From assembly GCA_034530615.2 (NCBI GenBank), contig JAVRCV020000041.1, positions 1-64,000 on the forward strand: a DNA stretch of 64,000 nt, in the 5' to 3' direction. The position numbers were made by a program, and so were the translations under genes. Below are positions 31,921-41,519 of this stretch, piece after piece. Numbering within the stretch: the stretch's first letter is position 1; the number at the start of each line of letters is the position of its first letter. This DNA comes from Aulosira sp. ZfuVER01 (lineage in GTDB: Bacteria > Cyanobacteriota > Cyanobacteriia > Cyanobacteriales > Nostocaceae). The notes under the pieces are model-generated. The model had not been told where the DNA came from. It did no database searches and saw only the letters and a list, made by a program, of their open reading frames with translations.

Positions 31921-32427
31921 TCAATCAGATGCAGGTAAAAGATAAATTCCCCCAGAGATTAATGTCAGAATGACAGAAACCCAAAAAGCAATCAAGGTTG
32001 GGGTTTGCCAATCTGGTGAGAGGGGTGCAATTAAAAGTGCGATCGCAATTATTTGACTCACAGTTTTGAGTTTACCCCAAATATTCGCTCCGGTAATTTG
32101 AGTTTGATTCACCCGCCAACCAGCGATCGCTAATTCTCGCGCTAAGATGAGAAATACTCCCCAAGCCGGCACTTTGCCTAATTCAATCAACACCATCAAC
32201 GGCGCAAGTACTAAAAATTTATCTACTAAAGGGTCAAGAAACTTTCCTAAATCGCTAATTTGGTTGAGTTTCCGCGCTAAATAGCCATCTAACCAATCAG
32301 TCAATGCAGCGACTAAAAAAATTGCTAAACATATCCATTTAGCTTGTGCTGAAGGGTTGTATAAACCATAAAGTAGAAATGGTATTCCTAATAAGCGCGA
32401 AAAGGTAATCCAGTTAGGTAGGGTCAT
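31921..32427 (-). CDS. pgsA: CDP-diacylglycerol--glycerol-3-phosphate 3-phosphatidyltransferase
   Basis: LPNWITFSR, TDWLDGYLAR...GKFLDPLVDK, GKLKT; ATG 32427. Confidence 0.95.
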   Translation of the reverse strand: MTLPNWITFSRLLGIPFLLYGLYNPSAQAKWICLAIFLVAALTDWLDGYLARKLNQISDLGKFLDPLVDKFLVLAPLMVLIELGKVPAWGVFLILARELAIAGWRVNQTQITGANIWGKLKTVSQIIAIALLIAPLSPDWQTPTLIAFWVSVILTLISGGIYLLPASD

Positions 32428-32506
32428 AAGCAATTGAAAATCCAAAATTACCTTTAGTGTAAATTAAATCTTGAAACCCTCACCAATAACAACTGACAAC
32501 TGACAA

Positions 32507-32638
32507 TTAAATTGTATCTGGATCGATATTTAACTCTCGCAACTTAGCAGCTAATCTTTCGGCTTTTTGTTGAGCAATTTCTTTTTGCTGACGTTCTGAT
32601 TCTGCTAAATCAGCGATTTCTTCAGAGTTAAAAAGTTT
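32507..32638 (-). pseudogene. C-terminal remnant of a Uma2-family endonuclease gene
   Basis: Translates KLFNSEEIADLAESERQQKEIAQQKAERLAAKLRELNIDPDTI*, the typical cyanobacterial Uma2 tail, with no nuclease domain. Confidence 0.7.
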
Positions 32639-32692
32639 GCGGTTGATAGTTGATGCTGGGCAATAAATCGTAAAACTCTTGTTTGTATCTGG

Positions 32693-32971
32693 CTATAAAT
32701 ATATCCGACGGTGCATGAAGTTGCTCAAAGACGCGGGATAATCGTTTGGTAAAGGTTCTGGGATACCAAGCTGTTTTAATGCGCTTAAAACACATGACAT
32801 ATCACCTACTACTAGAGACTGACTTTCGAGTGAAAGTTGTCGCCTATGAATTCGCTTCTGGGTATAAAAAGTGATGGGAATACCACGTTCTCTCAGTTCT
32901 TCAGTAACAAGTTGCTCCTCATGTCGGAGTTTTCCATTACCTTGTTCTTGAATAAAAGCCTGAGAAATCAA
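32693..32971 (-). pseudogene. Truncated N-terminus of an ATP-grasp (DUF4343-like) protein
   Basis: ...LVVGD...ALKQLGIPEP.PNDYP..L..FMHRRI then an early stop; only 92 aa. Confidence 0.5.
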
Positions 32972-33099
32972 TGTTAACTCCTGTCAATGTCTAAAATTAT
33001 TGCCTAATAAATGATTTATCTCACAGATCTTGGATCTCCACATCTCTGCCTAGGCGTGGCATGATCTGTGTTCTGAGATTCTCTAAAATAATACTCACC

Positions 33100-34536
33100 A
33101 TGACTCAACAAATAGATTCTCAATTTCGCATAGAACGGGATTCGATGGGCGATCGCCAAATTGCAAGTAATGTTTATTACGGTATCCAAACGCAGCGGGC
33201 AATCGAAAACTTTCCTATCAGTGGGTTAAAGCCCCTCTCTACTTACGTAGATGCTTGTTTATTAATTAAAAAAGCTACCGCAATTGTCAACGGCGAACTG
33301 ATTTGCATTCCCCAAGACATTAGTCAGGCAATTGTGCAAGCATCGGAAGAGATACTTGCAGGAAAGTTGCGCGATCAATTTGTTGTTGATGTTTATCAAG
33401 CTGGTGCAGGTACTTCTCACCACATGAATGTTAACGAAGTTTTGGCGAATCGTGCTTTAGAAATTCTAGGTGATGAAAAGGGCAACTACAAACGTGTGAG
33501 TCCTAATGACCATGTTAATTATGGCCAGTCTACCAATGATGTGATTCCGACAGCAATTCGCATTGGTGGTTTATTGGCACTTGCGCATACATTACACCCA
33601 GCTTTAGATAATGCGATCGCAACCTTGGAAGCCAAAGCTACAGAATTTCAAGATATCGTCAAGTCTGGTAGAACACATTTGCAAGATGCTGTACCTGTGC
33701 GTTTGGGTGAAAATTTCCGTGCTTGGGCATACATCCTTGCAGAACATCAAAACCGCATTTACACAGCCTCTGGAGACTTGATGGTGTTGGGTTTGGGAGG
33801 TAGTGCGGCTGGTACGGGTATGAATACTCATCCTCTTTATCGAGCGCGGGTGGTGGAAGTGCTTGCCGAATTGCTAAACTTGCCTTTGCAACCTGCACCG
33901 CATTTGATGGCTGCAATGCAGAGTATGGCACCATTTGTAAATGTTTCCGGTGCTGTCCGCAATTTAGCCCAAGATTTAGTGAAAATCTCCCATGATTTAC
34001 GACTGATGGATTCAGGGCCAAAAACTGGATTCAAGGAAATTCAACTACCGCCAGTGCAACCAGGTTCTTCGATTATGCCAGGGAAGTATAATCCGGTGAT
34101 GGCAGAGATGACATCAATGGTGTGTTTTCAAGTCATGGGTTACGACAATGCGATCGCATTAGCAGCTCAAGCCGGACAATTGGAATTAAATGTGATGATG
34201 CCGCTAATTGCATATAATTTGATTCACAGTATCGAAATTTTGGGAAATACCATCGCCGCCCTCACTGAACGCTGCATTAAAGGTATTACCGCCAACCAAG
34301 AACGCTGTTTGGCATACGCTGAAGGTAGTTTAGCTTTAGTTACCGCCCTCAATCCCCACATCGGTTATCTGAATGCGGCGGCGGTAGCAAAGGAATCTCT
34401 GGAAACTGGCAAATCCTTAAGGCAGATTGTCTTAGAACGAGGGCTGATGAGTGAGGCAGAATTAGCCACAGTGTTAAATCTCGAACAAATGAGTGGTATC
34501 TTACCCCTCACCACAGAATCAGGCAAAGTGGATTAG
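33100..34536 (+). CDS. aspA: Aspartate ammonia-lyase / class II fumarase family enzyme
   Basis: RIERDSMG, GQSTND, GRTHLQDA, GSSIMPGKYNP; aspartase versus fumarase not separable by eye. Confidence 0.75.
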   Translation: MTQQIDSQFRIERDSMGDRQIASNVYYGIQTQRAIENFPISGLKPLSTYVDACLLIKKATAIVNGELICIPQDISQAIVQASEEILAGKLRDQFVVDVYQAGAGTSHHMNVNEVLANRALEILGDEKGNYKRVSPNDHVNYGQSTNDVIPTAIRIGGLLALAHTLHPALDNAIATLEAKATEFQDIVKSGRTHLQDAVPVRLGENFRAWAYILAEHQNRIYTASGDLMVLGLGGSAAGTGMNTHPLYRARVVEVLAELLNLPLQPAPHLMAAMQSMAPFVNVSGAVRNLAQDLVKISHDLRLMDSGPKTGFKEIQLPPVQPGSSIMPGKYNPVMAEMTSMVCFQVMGYDNAIALAAQAGQLELNVMMPLIAYNLIHSIEILGNTIAALTERCIKGITANQERCLAYAEGSLALVTALNPHIGYLNAAAVAKESLETGKSLRQIVLERGLMSEAELATVLNLEQMSGILPLTTESGKVD

Positions 34537-34608
34537 AAAGATAATAGGAAGATATAAGAAAGAAGAACTTCTTCTTTCTGTTATCTTTACTAATCTTCTT
34601 TATTATCC

Positions 34609-35580
34609 ATGCAGACCCAAAAACCATCGGTCAGTTTAATCCGTGCTACTTCTTACGAACGCGAGACTTTACGCGAGTCTTTAGTCACGCTGCTGGAACC
34701 TTTTGGGGGAATGGCAGCTTTTGTGAAAAGTGGCGATCGCGTTTTACTCAAACCTAATCTACTCACAGGAGCGCGTCCTGGTAAAGAGTGTACCACCCGC
34801 CCCGAACTGGTTTACGAAGTTGCTCAGATGGTTATGGAAGTAGGCGGTAAGCCATTTTTAGGCGATAGTCCCGCTTTTGGCAGTGCGAAGGGTGTGGCTG
34901 TAGCCAATGGTTATGCACCGATTTTAGAAGAACTCAAACTACCAATTGTGGATTTTCACGGACAGCGTTACGAAACTGTCAGTGAGAATTTTAACCATCT
35001 GTTGTTATCAAAAGAAGCAATGGCGGCGGATGTGGTGATTAACCTACCGAAAGTCAAATCCCATGCCCAACTAACATTAACTTTAGGAGTCAAAAATCTT
35101 TTTGGTTGCGTTCCAGGCAAGATGAAAGCCTGGTGGCACATGGAAGCTGGCAAAGACGCTAACCGCTTTGGCGAAATGCTAGTAGAAACTGCCAAGGCTA
35201 TTAACCCCAACTTAACCATTTTAGATGGCATCATCGGTCATGATGGCAATGGTCCTAGTAATGGAGAACCTCGTGCCTTGGGTATTTTAGCAGCAGCATC
35301 AAATGTATTTGCCCTAGATCGGGCAATGGTAGAAATTCTCAACGTCTCACCCCAGCAAGTACCCACTGTCGCAGCTTCCCAAAGATTAGGAGTATGTCCA
35401 GAATTAGCTGATATTGATTTTCCTCACTTAGAACCTGACTTACTAAAATTAGAAGATTGGCGATTACCAGACAAGTTAATTCCCATCGATTTTGCAATGC
35501 CGCGTGTGATTAAATCCACGTTTAAACACCTTTATATTCGGTTTATTAAAGAACCGATGACTGCTTATGGTAGACGTTAG
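34609..35580 (+). CDS. DUF362 domain protein
   Basis: VLLKPN, INLPKVKSH, GVKNLFG, GNGP. Confidence 0.88.
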   Translation: MQTQKPSVSLIRATSYERETLRESLVTLLEPFGGMAAFVKSGDRVLLKPNLLTGARPGKECTTRPELVYEVAQMVMEVGGKPFLGDSPAFGSAKGVAVANGYAPILEELKLPIVDFHGQRYETVSENFNHLLLSKEAMAADVVINLPKVKSHAQLTLTLGVKNLFGCVPGKMKAWWHMEAGKDANRFGEMLVETAKAINPNLTILDGIIGHDGNGPSNGEPRALGILAAASNVFALDRAMVEILNVSPQQVPTVAASQRLGVCPELADIDFPHLEPDLLKLEDWRLPDKLIPIDFAMPRVIKSTFKHLYIRFIKEPMTAYGRR

Positions 35581-35590
35581 TTAAACAAGT

Positions 35591-35633
35591 GCAAACTTGG
35601 CTACAAAAATGTCCACTCTGAGCAGAGTAAGCT
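35591..35633 (+). promoter_or_regulatory. Near-consensus NtcA-type promoter of nsiR4
   Basis: GCA-N8-TAC (35591-35604), 23 nt, then TAAGCT -10 (35628-35633). Confidence 0.55.
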
Positions 35634-35639
35634 ATAACT

Positions 35640-35687
35640 ACCCTCCGATTGCTTAACCAGACCGCCCTAGTTTAGCGGCGGTTTTCT
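35640..35687 (+). ncRNA. nsiR4: NsiR4 nitrogen-stress sRNA (short form)
   Basis: ACCCTCCGATTGCT core recalled from NsiR4, followed by GACCGCC...GGCGGTT hairpin and T-tract; downstream of DUF362 and an NtcA-like box. Confidence 0.75.
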
Positions 35688-36457
35688 CATTGATTAATTT
35701 GTTATAAAATTATTAATCAAACTCTACATTATTACTAGACATTGTTTTTGCAAGATTTGGTGGATTTATTGAGACTTATAGTATCTTAATGTTCGACAAA
35801 TCTACCTATATATAGATTGACAAAATAGTAAATATTACTAATATTTAGTAATTGAATTTATGCCATATTCTGAGTACAAAAAACTTAATTAATACTATCA
35901 TTCCAGATATATATCTCTGTATTTGTCTGGTTCAGATTCATGGTTAAAAAAATCAAGCTTAACAGTTAGCAAGAAGGCTCATAGATTTTTAAGTGTAACT
36001 ACTGTTGAAGTGTTAGGAAATCTGATGGATAATCGGTGGTTTTGCGGGATTGATTTCAAGTAGCACAAATTAGGCAATTATCCCTAAAACTACCTTAGAC
36101 AAAGAATTTGAAGATGTTATACTGATGCAGGAAATGTCAAATATCTGAATAAATTCAATCTGCACTCAGGAGTAAAAATGTAATTTATAATGCTGGGATG
36201 CAAGCTATGAATACCCCAAAAAATCTACTGTAGATACAGTGATATTTAATATCGACCACTACGTTAAAGCAAAAAATGTTCGTAGTAAACTTTGTGTCAA
36301 CTTTCTTAGGTATCAAATAGATATTATGACAGTTAGAGAACTGGTTAAGATTCTGTATGAATTCAGAGTTTCCAGCTAAAAATTAGTTAAAATAGCATCA
36401 TGGCTCTCTCGAAGAGAGTAAAACTCAAAGTGATTTGGTGAATTTCAAATTTTTTGT

Positions 36458-36643
36458 ATGAATTCAAATAGCCAGTCTGCCAATAACGATACATATTCCC
36501 ATAGGTTGGCAGACATTGTGGGAACTGCGATCGCTCTGTTAACTCTGACATTACCTGTATTTGTCATTGCTCACTATTCTTCAGCGAATGTGACCCATAA
36601 CCAGCAACCACTAACTTATAATTTGCCTAGAAGTGAAGATTAG
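36458..36643 (+). CDS. Small single-TM hypothetical protein
   Basis: 61 aa, ATG start, one hydrophobic helix, followed by a perfect hairpin. Confidence 0.6.
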   Translation: MNSNSQSANNDTYSHRLADIVGTAIALLTLTLPVFVIAHYSSANVTHNQQPLTYNLPRSED

Positions 36644-36724
36644 GCAGTCTCATCAAGCAACTTTGGTTGAGAAGCGAGCATCTGAAAAATAATCAACCCT
36701 AAACCAGAGGAGATAATTCAGCAC

Positions 36725-36751
36725 AAAAGAGAATTGATCCAATTCTCTTTT
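36725..36751. terminator. Perfect 12-bp stem hairpin
   Basis: AAAAGAGAATTG-ATC-CAATTCTCTTTT. Confidence 0.55.
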
Positions 36752-37002
36752 GATTGTGGTAGGGCATAACTTGGATGCTTATTAAGGGGTTGGTTAAACT
36801 CCTACTCTCTAAACACCCAGGAATCCCTCTTGCTGCTTGCAATGGGAAATATTAATACTGACAAAGGTGCGGCGATTCTTCCTAGATAGCCGCCTTTTTT
36901 GTTGAATACCTTGGGAAGAAGTCCATCTTGGCCCTAAAATTCTACACGGGGAGCCTAACTAATTGCCCCCAAAATCTACTGTGTTATTAGAGGAGCTTTT
37001 CT

Positions 37003-37515
37003 GTGGACTTATCCCGTATACCACCCCAACCAAAACCGGGTTTAATCAACGTTCTGATTGAAATTCCAGGCGGGAGCAAAAATAAGTACGAATTTGACAA
37101 AGATCTACAGGCATTTGCCCTAGATCGAGTACTGTATTCTTCGGTACAATATCCTTACGACTATGGCTTTGTACCCAATACATTAGCTGATGATGGCGAT
37201 CCTTTAGATGGTATGGTCATCATTGATGAACCAACCTTTCCTGGCTGTATAATTGCGGCAAGACCGATTGGCTTGTTAGAGATGATTGATGGTGGCGATC
37301 GCGATGAAAAAATTCTTTGCGTTCCTGACAAAGACCCGCGTTATGCCCAAATACAATCCTTAAAAGATTTACCATCACACCGCTTGGATGAAATTGCTGA
37401 ATTTTTCCGTACTTATAAAAATCTGGAAAAAAAGGTAACTGAAATTCTCGGTTGGCAAGATGCCGATCGAGTAAAAGCATTGGTAGAAAAGTCCATCAAA
37501 GCTGCTCAAGCCTAA
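37003..37515 (+). CDS. ppa: Inorganic pyrophosphatase (family I)
   Basis: KNKYE, YPYDYG, DGDPLD, DEK. Confidence 0.97.
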   Translation: MDLSRIPPQPKPGLINVLIEIPGGSKNKYEFDKDLQAFALDRVLYSSVQYPYDYGFVPNTLADDGDPLDGMVIIDEPTFPGCIIAARPIGLLEMIDGGDRDEKILCVPDKDPRYAQIQSLKDLPSHRLDEIAEFFRTYKNLEKKVTEILGWQDADRVKALVEKSIKAAQA

Positions 37516-37738
37516 TCGGTTATGGTAATGGGTAAGGTCTGAGTTTTCAATAATTCAGAAATTAATTTTTGTATTATTGACTATTGACTAAATACCCATT
37601 ACCAATTTGGTATGATCATCAATTCATGATTTCATGGAAACTAGCTCAAAACCTAGTTACCATAGTCAACAATGAAATAAAATCAAAAACTTTTGCTGTT
37701 TGCGGCTCGCAAAAATTGCTAGATAAATCCTAAATCAA

Positions 37739-38122
37739 ATGCAGCGAACTCTCCTGTCAGCCAAAATTCACAACTGTACCCTTACAGGGGCAAATGTCAA
37801 CTATGTGGGTAGTATCAGTATAGATGAAATTCTGTTGCAAAAAGCTGGTATTTTACCCTACGAACAGGTACAAGTAGTGAATAAAGCTAATGGCGAGCGC
37901 TTTATTACTTATGCAATACCTGCTCCAGCCTACTCAGGAATAATTGAATTAAATGGGGCTGCCGCACGTCTAGGCATTATAGGCGATCGCCTGATTATAA
38001 TGGCCTACGGGCAGTTTACGCCGGAGGAGTTACAAAATTACTCGCCTACGGTCGTCATTGTAGACGAAAAAAACCAACTGTTGGAAGTACGGCACTACGA
38101 TGACCTGCTCAGTAAGGTCTAA
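37739..38122 (+). CDS. panD: Aspartate 1-decarboxylase
   Basis: [11 protein letters not shown] cleavage site, NGERF.TY, NGAAAR. Confidence 0.96.
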   Translation: MQRTLLSAKIHNCTLTGANVNYVGSISIDEILLQKAGILPYEQVQVVNKANGERFITYAIPAPAYSGIIELNGAAARLGIIGDRLIIMAYGQFTPEELQNYSPTVVIVDEKNQLLEVRHYDDLLSKV

Positions 38123-38134
38123 AATTCGAGGAAA

Positions 38135-39037
38135 ATGTCAAATTTTGAGCTGTCGGGTTCCCAGAGCTATGTAACTGAGAAGCAAACTACCCCACTCAGT
38201 AGTCAAGCTACAGGATTTTTAGTGCAATTCTGGGGTGTTAGAGGTTTGATTGCTACCCCAGCCAGTAACACCAACCGCTACGGTGGGAATACTGCTTGTG
38301 TAGAAATGCGTGTAGCCGGAAAAGAATTGATTTTTGATGGAGGTACGGGCTTACGAGTACTGGGTAAAACTTGGCAGCAGCGACAAGAGCCAATAGAAGC
38401 ATATTTATTTTTCACTAACTCCCAATCAAATCGCATTCAGGGATTTCCTTTTTTTGCCCCTGCATTTATCCCCGAAAATAGCTTCCACATCTACGGCACA
38501 GCAGCCTCAAATAGCGCTTCAATTAAGCAGTGTCTGTATGACCAAATGCTTCAGCCACACTTTCCCTATCCTTTACAGGTGATGCAATCACAATTGCATT
38601 TCCACAATTTGAACTCAGGTAGCGAGGTCAAGCTAGATGATGTCACGATTAACACAGCATTGATCAATAAACATCAGCGATCGCTTGGCTACCGCGTCAC
38701 GTGGCAGAATTTTAGCGTTGCCTACATTACAGATTTGCCTAAGAGTCCCGATAAAGTAGAGCAGGAAAGGATTTTACAGCTAATTGAAGGGGTCGATTTC
38801 TTGATTGCTAACGGTACTTATAATCCCCCTACAGCTCACAATCACGATCTAGCTGATTTGCAATGGCAAACTGCTGTGGATTTAGCCAATCATGGTGGCG
38901 TTAAAAGCTTAGTCATCTCTCATTATCATCCAGATGACGACGATGATTTTCTCGATCGGGTTCAATCAGAAGTTAAGTCTGTATTTCCCAAAGCACTCTT
39001 AGCCTCTGAAGGCATGATTTTATCTGTGGCTAAGTAG
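38135..39037 (+). CDS. MBL-fold metallo-hydrolase homolog with degenerate metal site
   Basis: FWGVRG, YGGNTACV, FDGGTG, but FFTNSQSNRIQGFPFF where HxHxDH is expected. Confidence 0.8.
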   Translation: MSNFELSGSQSYVTEKQTTPLSSQATGFLVQFWGVRGLIATPASNTNRYGGNTACVEMRVAGKELIFDGGTGLRVLGKTWQQRQEPIEAYLFFTNSQSNRIQGFPFFAPAFIPENSFHIYGTAASNSASIKQCLYDQMLQPHFPYPLQVMQSQLHFHNLNSGSEVKLDDVTINTALINKHQRSLGYRVTWQNFSVAYITDLPKSPDKVEQERILQLIEGVDFLIANGTYNPPTAHNHDLADLQWQTAVDLANHGGVKSLVISHYHPDDDDDFLDRVQSEVKSVFPKALLASEGMILSVAK

Positions 39038-39115
39038 GGCGATGAGGAAGACAAGGGGGACAAGGAAGACAAGGAGGACAAAGAGGATAATTAATAACTC
39101 TTGACTCTTGACTCA

Positions 39116-40186
39116 TTAAACTGGCTGAAATGCTGTTGTTGCTATTGAATTTACTACCTGGCTGAGTTGACGAAGTTTCTCAGCGACAACTCCATTTATT
39201 AATAATTCTTCCGCTTTCGCTATACCCGATCGCATATCTGAACAAACGCCACTTTGCCAGAGGTAAAATCCGCCATTCCACAAGGCTGTTTGCGTTAATT
39301 CTATGGGATTACCAGCTAAAACCGCTTGCATTTCGGTAAGTAATTCTTCTGTTGTGCCCAGAGGGACATTTTTAGTAGTGAAATCGTAATCACGGGGCGC
39401 GAGGTGCAGGCGTTCTAGGTGTCCTGAGTGTGTTGATAAGCCGATAATTGCTGTGCGATCGCGTGGGAGATCGCAACTACCTTCCAATCCCTTAACCAAT
39501 GTATACTTTGTGATATTTTGCAAAGCCAAGGTTAATTGAAACAGAGTTTCTGTAGGTGGATGGACAAATCCCGGAATTATATGTACATCCCCAGCGTAAG
39601 GGCACCAAATTAGCTCCATTGTTGCCAAGGGTGGACGTTTGCCTAGTTGATCGCGGTACTCCCAAATACTATTAATTAAGGGAAAATGCTGAGGAGTATA
39701 AACAAAGCCGATTCCTGTTTGCTCAAATACTTGCTGAGTTTTGGCCAGTGACAAGTTTGTCCAATCGACCCCTAACCCCTGCCAAATTTCTACCAAGGGT
39801 AAACCGTACTTTGTCGGTAAGCGATCGCCGCCATGCATCACTACTGGTTGGCCTACAGCAGCTAATAGTAAAGCTGTAATCGGGCTAATTGGTGCGGTGC
39901 GCGTTCTGCCATCATAAGGGATACCAAAGACTATTACTGGTTGCCCCGCCGCGATCGGTTGGAGTTTTGGCCCTAATTCATTGTAGGCATCTAACATTCC
40001 CGCCAACTCATCTGGTGTAGGGCGCTTGATGCGGTGGGCAATCAGAAATGCCCCAATTTGGGCAGGAGTTGCTTCACCTAGCAACATCATTTTTGTGGCT
40101 GTTGCGGCTTCAGCACGAGTTAGATTTTCTCCTGTGTGATTTCCACTCCCTACCTTTTGCAGTAATGGCCTAAATACATTGCTCAT
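39116..40186 (-). CDS. cnaT: CnaT, TrpD/YbiB-like positive effector of nitrate assimilation
   Basis: QIGAFLIAHRIK, YDGRTR, LGKRPPLAT, GFVHPP, GLEGS; directly downstream of ntcB. Confidence 0.85.
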   Translation of the reverse strand: MSNVFRPLLQKVGSGNHTGENLTRAEAATATKMMLLGEATPAQIGAFLIAHRIKRPTPDELAGMLDAYNELGPKLQPIAAGQPVIVFGIPYDGRTRTAPISPITALLLAAVGQPVVMHGGDRLPTKYGLPLVEIWQGLGVDWTNLSLAKTQQVFEQTGIGFVYTPQHFPLINSIWEYRDQLGKRPPLATMELIWCPYAGDVHIIPGFVHPPTETLFQLTLALQNITKYTLVKGLEGSCDLPRDRTAIIGLSTHSGHLERLHLAPRDYDFTTKNVPLGTTEELLTEMQAVLAGNPIELTQTALWNGGFYLWQSGVCSDMRSGIAKAEELLINGVVAEKLRQLSQVVNSIATTAFQPV

Positions 40187-40189
40187 AGC

Positions 40190-40300
40190 AGTCAATGGTC
40201 AATGGTCGATAGTCAATAGTCAATGGTCAATGGTCAATAGTCAATAGTTATTGGACTTTTGACTTTGGACTCTTGACTATGGACTTTAAGACTTTTGACT
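40190..40300. repeat. Heptamer STRR tract (GTCAAT[G/A] then [T/G]GACT variants)
   Basis: Tandem 7-mers in inverted arrangement; similar tracts at about 13012-13038, 39095-39115, 52442-52495, 54508-54545 and 60485-60541. Confidence 0.85.
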
Positions 40301-40310
40301 CATCATAGCT

Positions 40311-41258
40311 TCAAGAAGCCGATCGCTGCTGATTAATTTGCGGTGGGATATTATCTCGCACCAGTTGCCAAAAATGCTTAATTGGTGGAATTTGCAGACG
40401 ATCGCCAGTTGTGACCATGACTACCCGACGTGTCAAACTAGAAGTGTCAGGCAAAGTAGCATTACTATTACTAGCTAAGGGGCGTACTGCCAAAGTTGGG
40501 TCTAGCTGGGCTTCCATTAAGGCAGAATGAGGTAGCAACGCAATCAGTTCTCCTTGACGCACCACTCCTCGGAAAGCATCTAAAGTGTTGACCTCTAAAG
40601 CAGCTTGCAATGTTGCTTCCAGTCGCTCAAATCGATCTTGGATTAAGCGTTGCATCCCATAACCATCTTTAAACACCACCTGAGGATAGCGAATTAGCTC
40701 AGACCAAGGGATACATTCATATTGGGCGAGTGGATGCTTGGCAGATGTGAGAACTTCTATTGGTTCTTCATAGAGTACTTCTACTATCATTTCTCGGCCA
40801 GTAGTGAGAAAGCGATTATTCATCACAATTGCCAGATCCACCAATCCATCTTTGAGGACTTTTAAAGCGCGATCGCTACCCAAGGAAGTTACTCGCAATT
40901 GTACTTCTGGGTAATCGCGACAAAATTGTTGCAACACTGGTGGTAGGTATGAGGCACACAGCGAATGAATGGCTGCAACGCACAATTCTGGCTGCTTCCC
41001 GGCGATTAAATCTGTTAATTCCTCTGTGGCTGTTTGCCACTCTTGACAGATTTTCCGCACGCGAGGAAGCAACCTCTCACCCCCTAGTGTCAGCTTGGCG
41101 TGAGTGGTTCTATGAAACAGTTCTATCCCCAAATCTGCTTCCAATGCCTGGATTTGACGGCTAATGGTAGATTGAGTAACCCCACATTTTCTTGCTGCTT
41201 GTTGAAAGCTGCCGGTGTCCGCGATCGCTAAAAAAGCTTGCAACTGCTCTAGTCGCAT
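40311..41258 (-). CDS. ntcB: LysR-family nitrate-assimilation activator NtcB
   Basis: MRLEQLQAF...GSFQQAA...TQSTISRQI HTH; position in nir cluster; NtcA box upstream. Confidence 0.93.
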   Translation of the reverse strand: MRLEQLQAFLAIADTGSFQQAARKCGVTQSTISRQIQALEADLGIELFHRTTHAKLTLGGERLLPRVRKICQEWQTATEELTDLIAGKQPELCVAAIHSLCASYLPPVLQQFCRDYPEVQLRVTSLGSDRALKVLKDGLVDLAIVMNNRFLTTGREMIVEVLYEEPIEVLTSAKHPLAQYECIPWSELIRYPQVVFKDGYGMQRLIQDRFERLEATLQAALEVNTLDAFRGVVRQGELIALLPHSALMEAQLDPTLAVRPLASNSNATLPDTSSLTRRVVMVTTGDRLQIPPIKHFWQLVRDNIPPQINQQRSAS

Positions 41259-41294
41259 TTTTTTGTAGCCTGAATTACATTTATGGCTTTCATT

Positions 41295-41336
41295 AAGTTA
41301 ACGGATTTCTGAACTCAATTTGGTACAGTTTGTTAC
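41295..41336 (-). promoter_or_regulatory. NtcA-activated promoter of ntcB
   Basis: Minus strand GTAACAAACTGTAC (41336-41323), 22 nt, TAACTT (41300-41295). Confidence 0.85.
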
Positions 41337-41519
41337 AAGTGGTTGGTTATGCAATATTTTAATTTACATTTTTTTGGATTCGCTTTTTACAGCTTTGCTC
41401 ATCAATATTCATTCTTATGCTTGATTTTTCCCCAAATCTCCGCCGCAAAAATCTGGAATTTTTTTTGCTGTATCTAATTGAAGAAGGGATGAGGCGGAGA
41501 AATAACTAACAAGTCTTGA

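Noticed and set aside
39116..40195. trpD (anthranilate phosphoribosyltransferase)
   Set aside because: Lacks the GTGGD and KHGN motifs; context indicates CnaT
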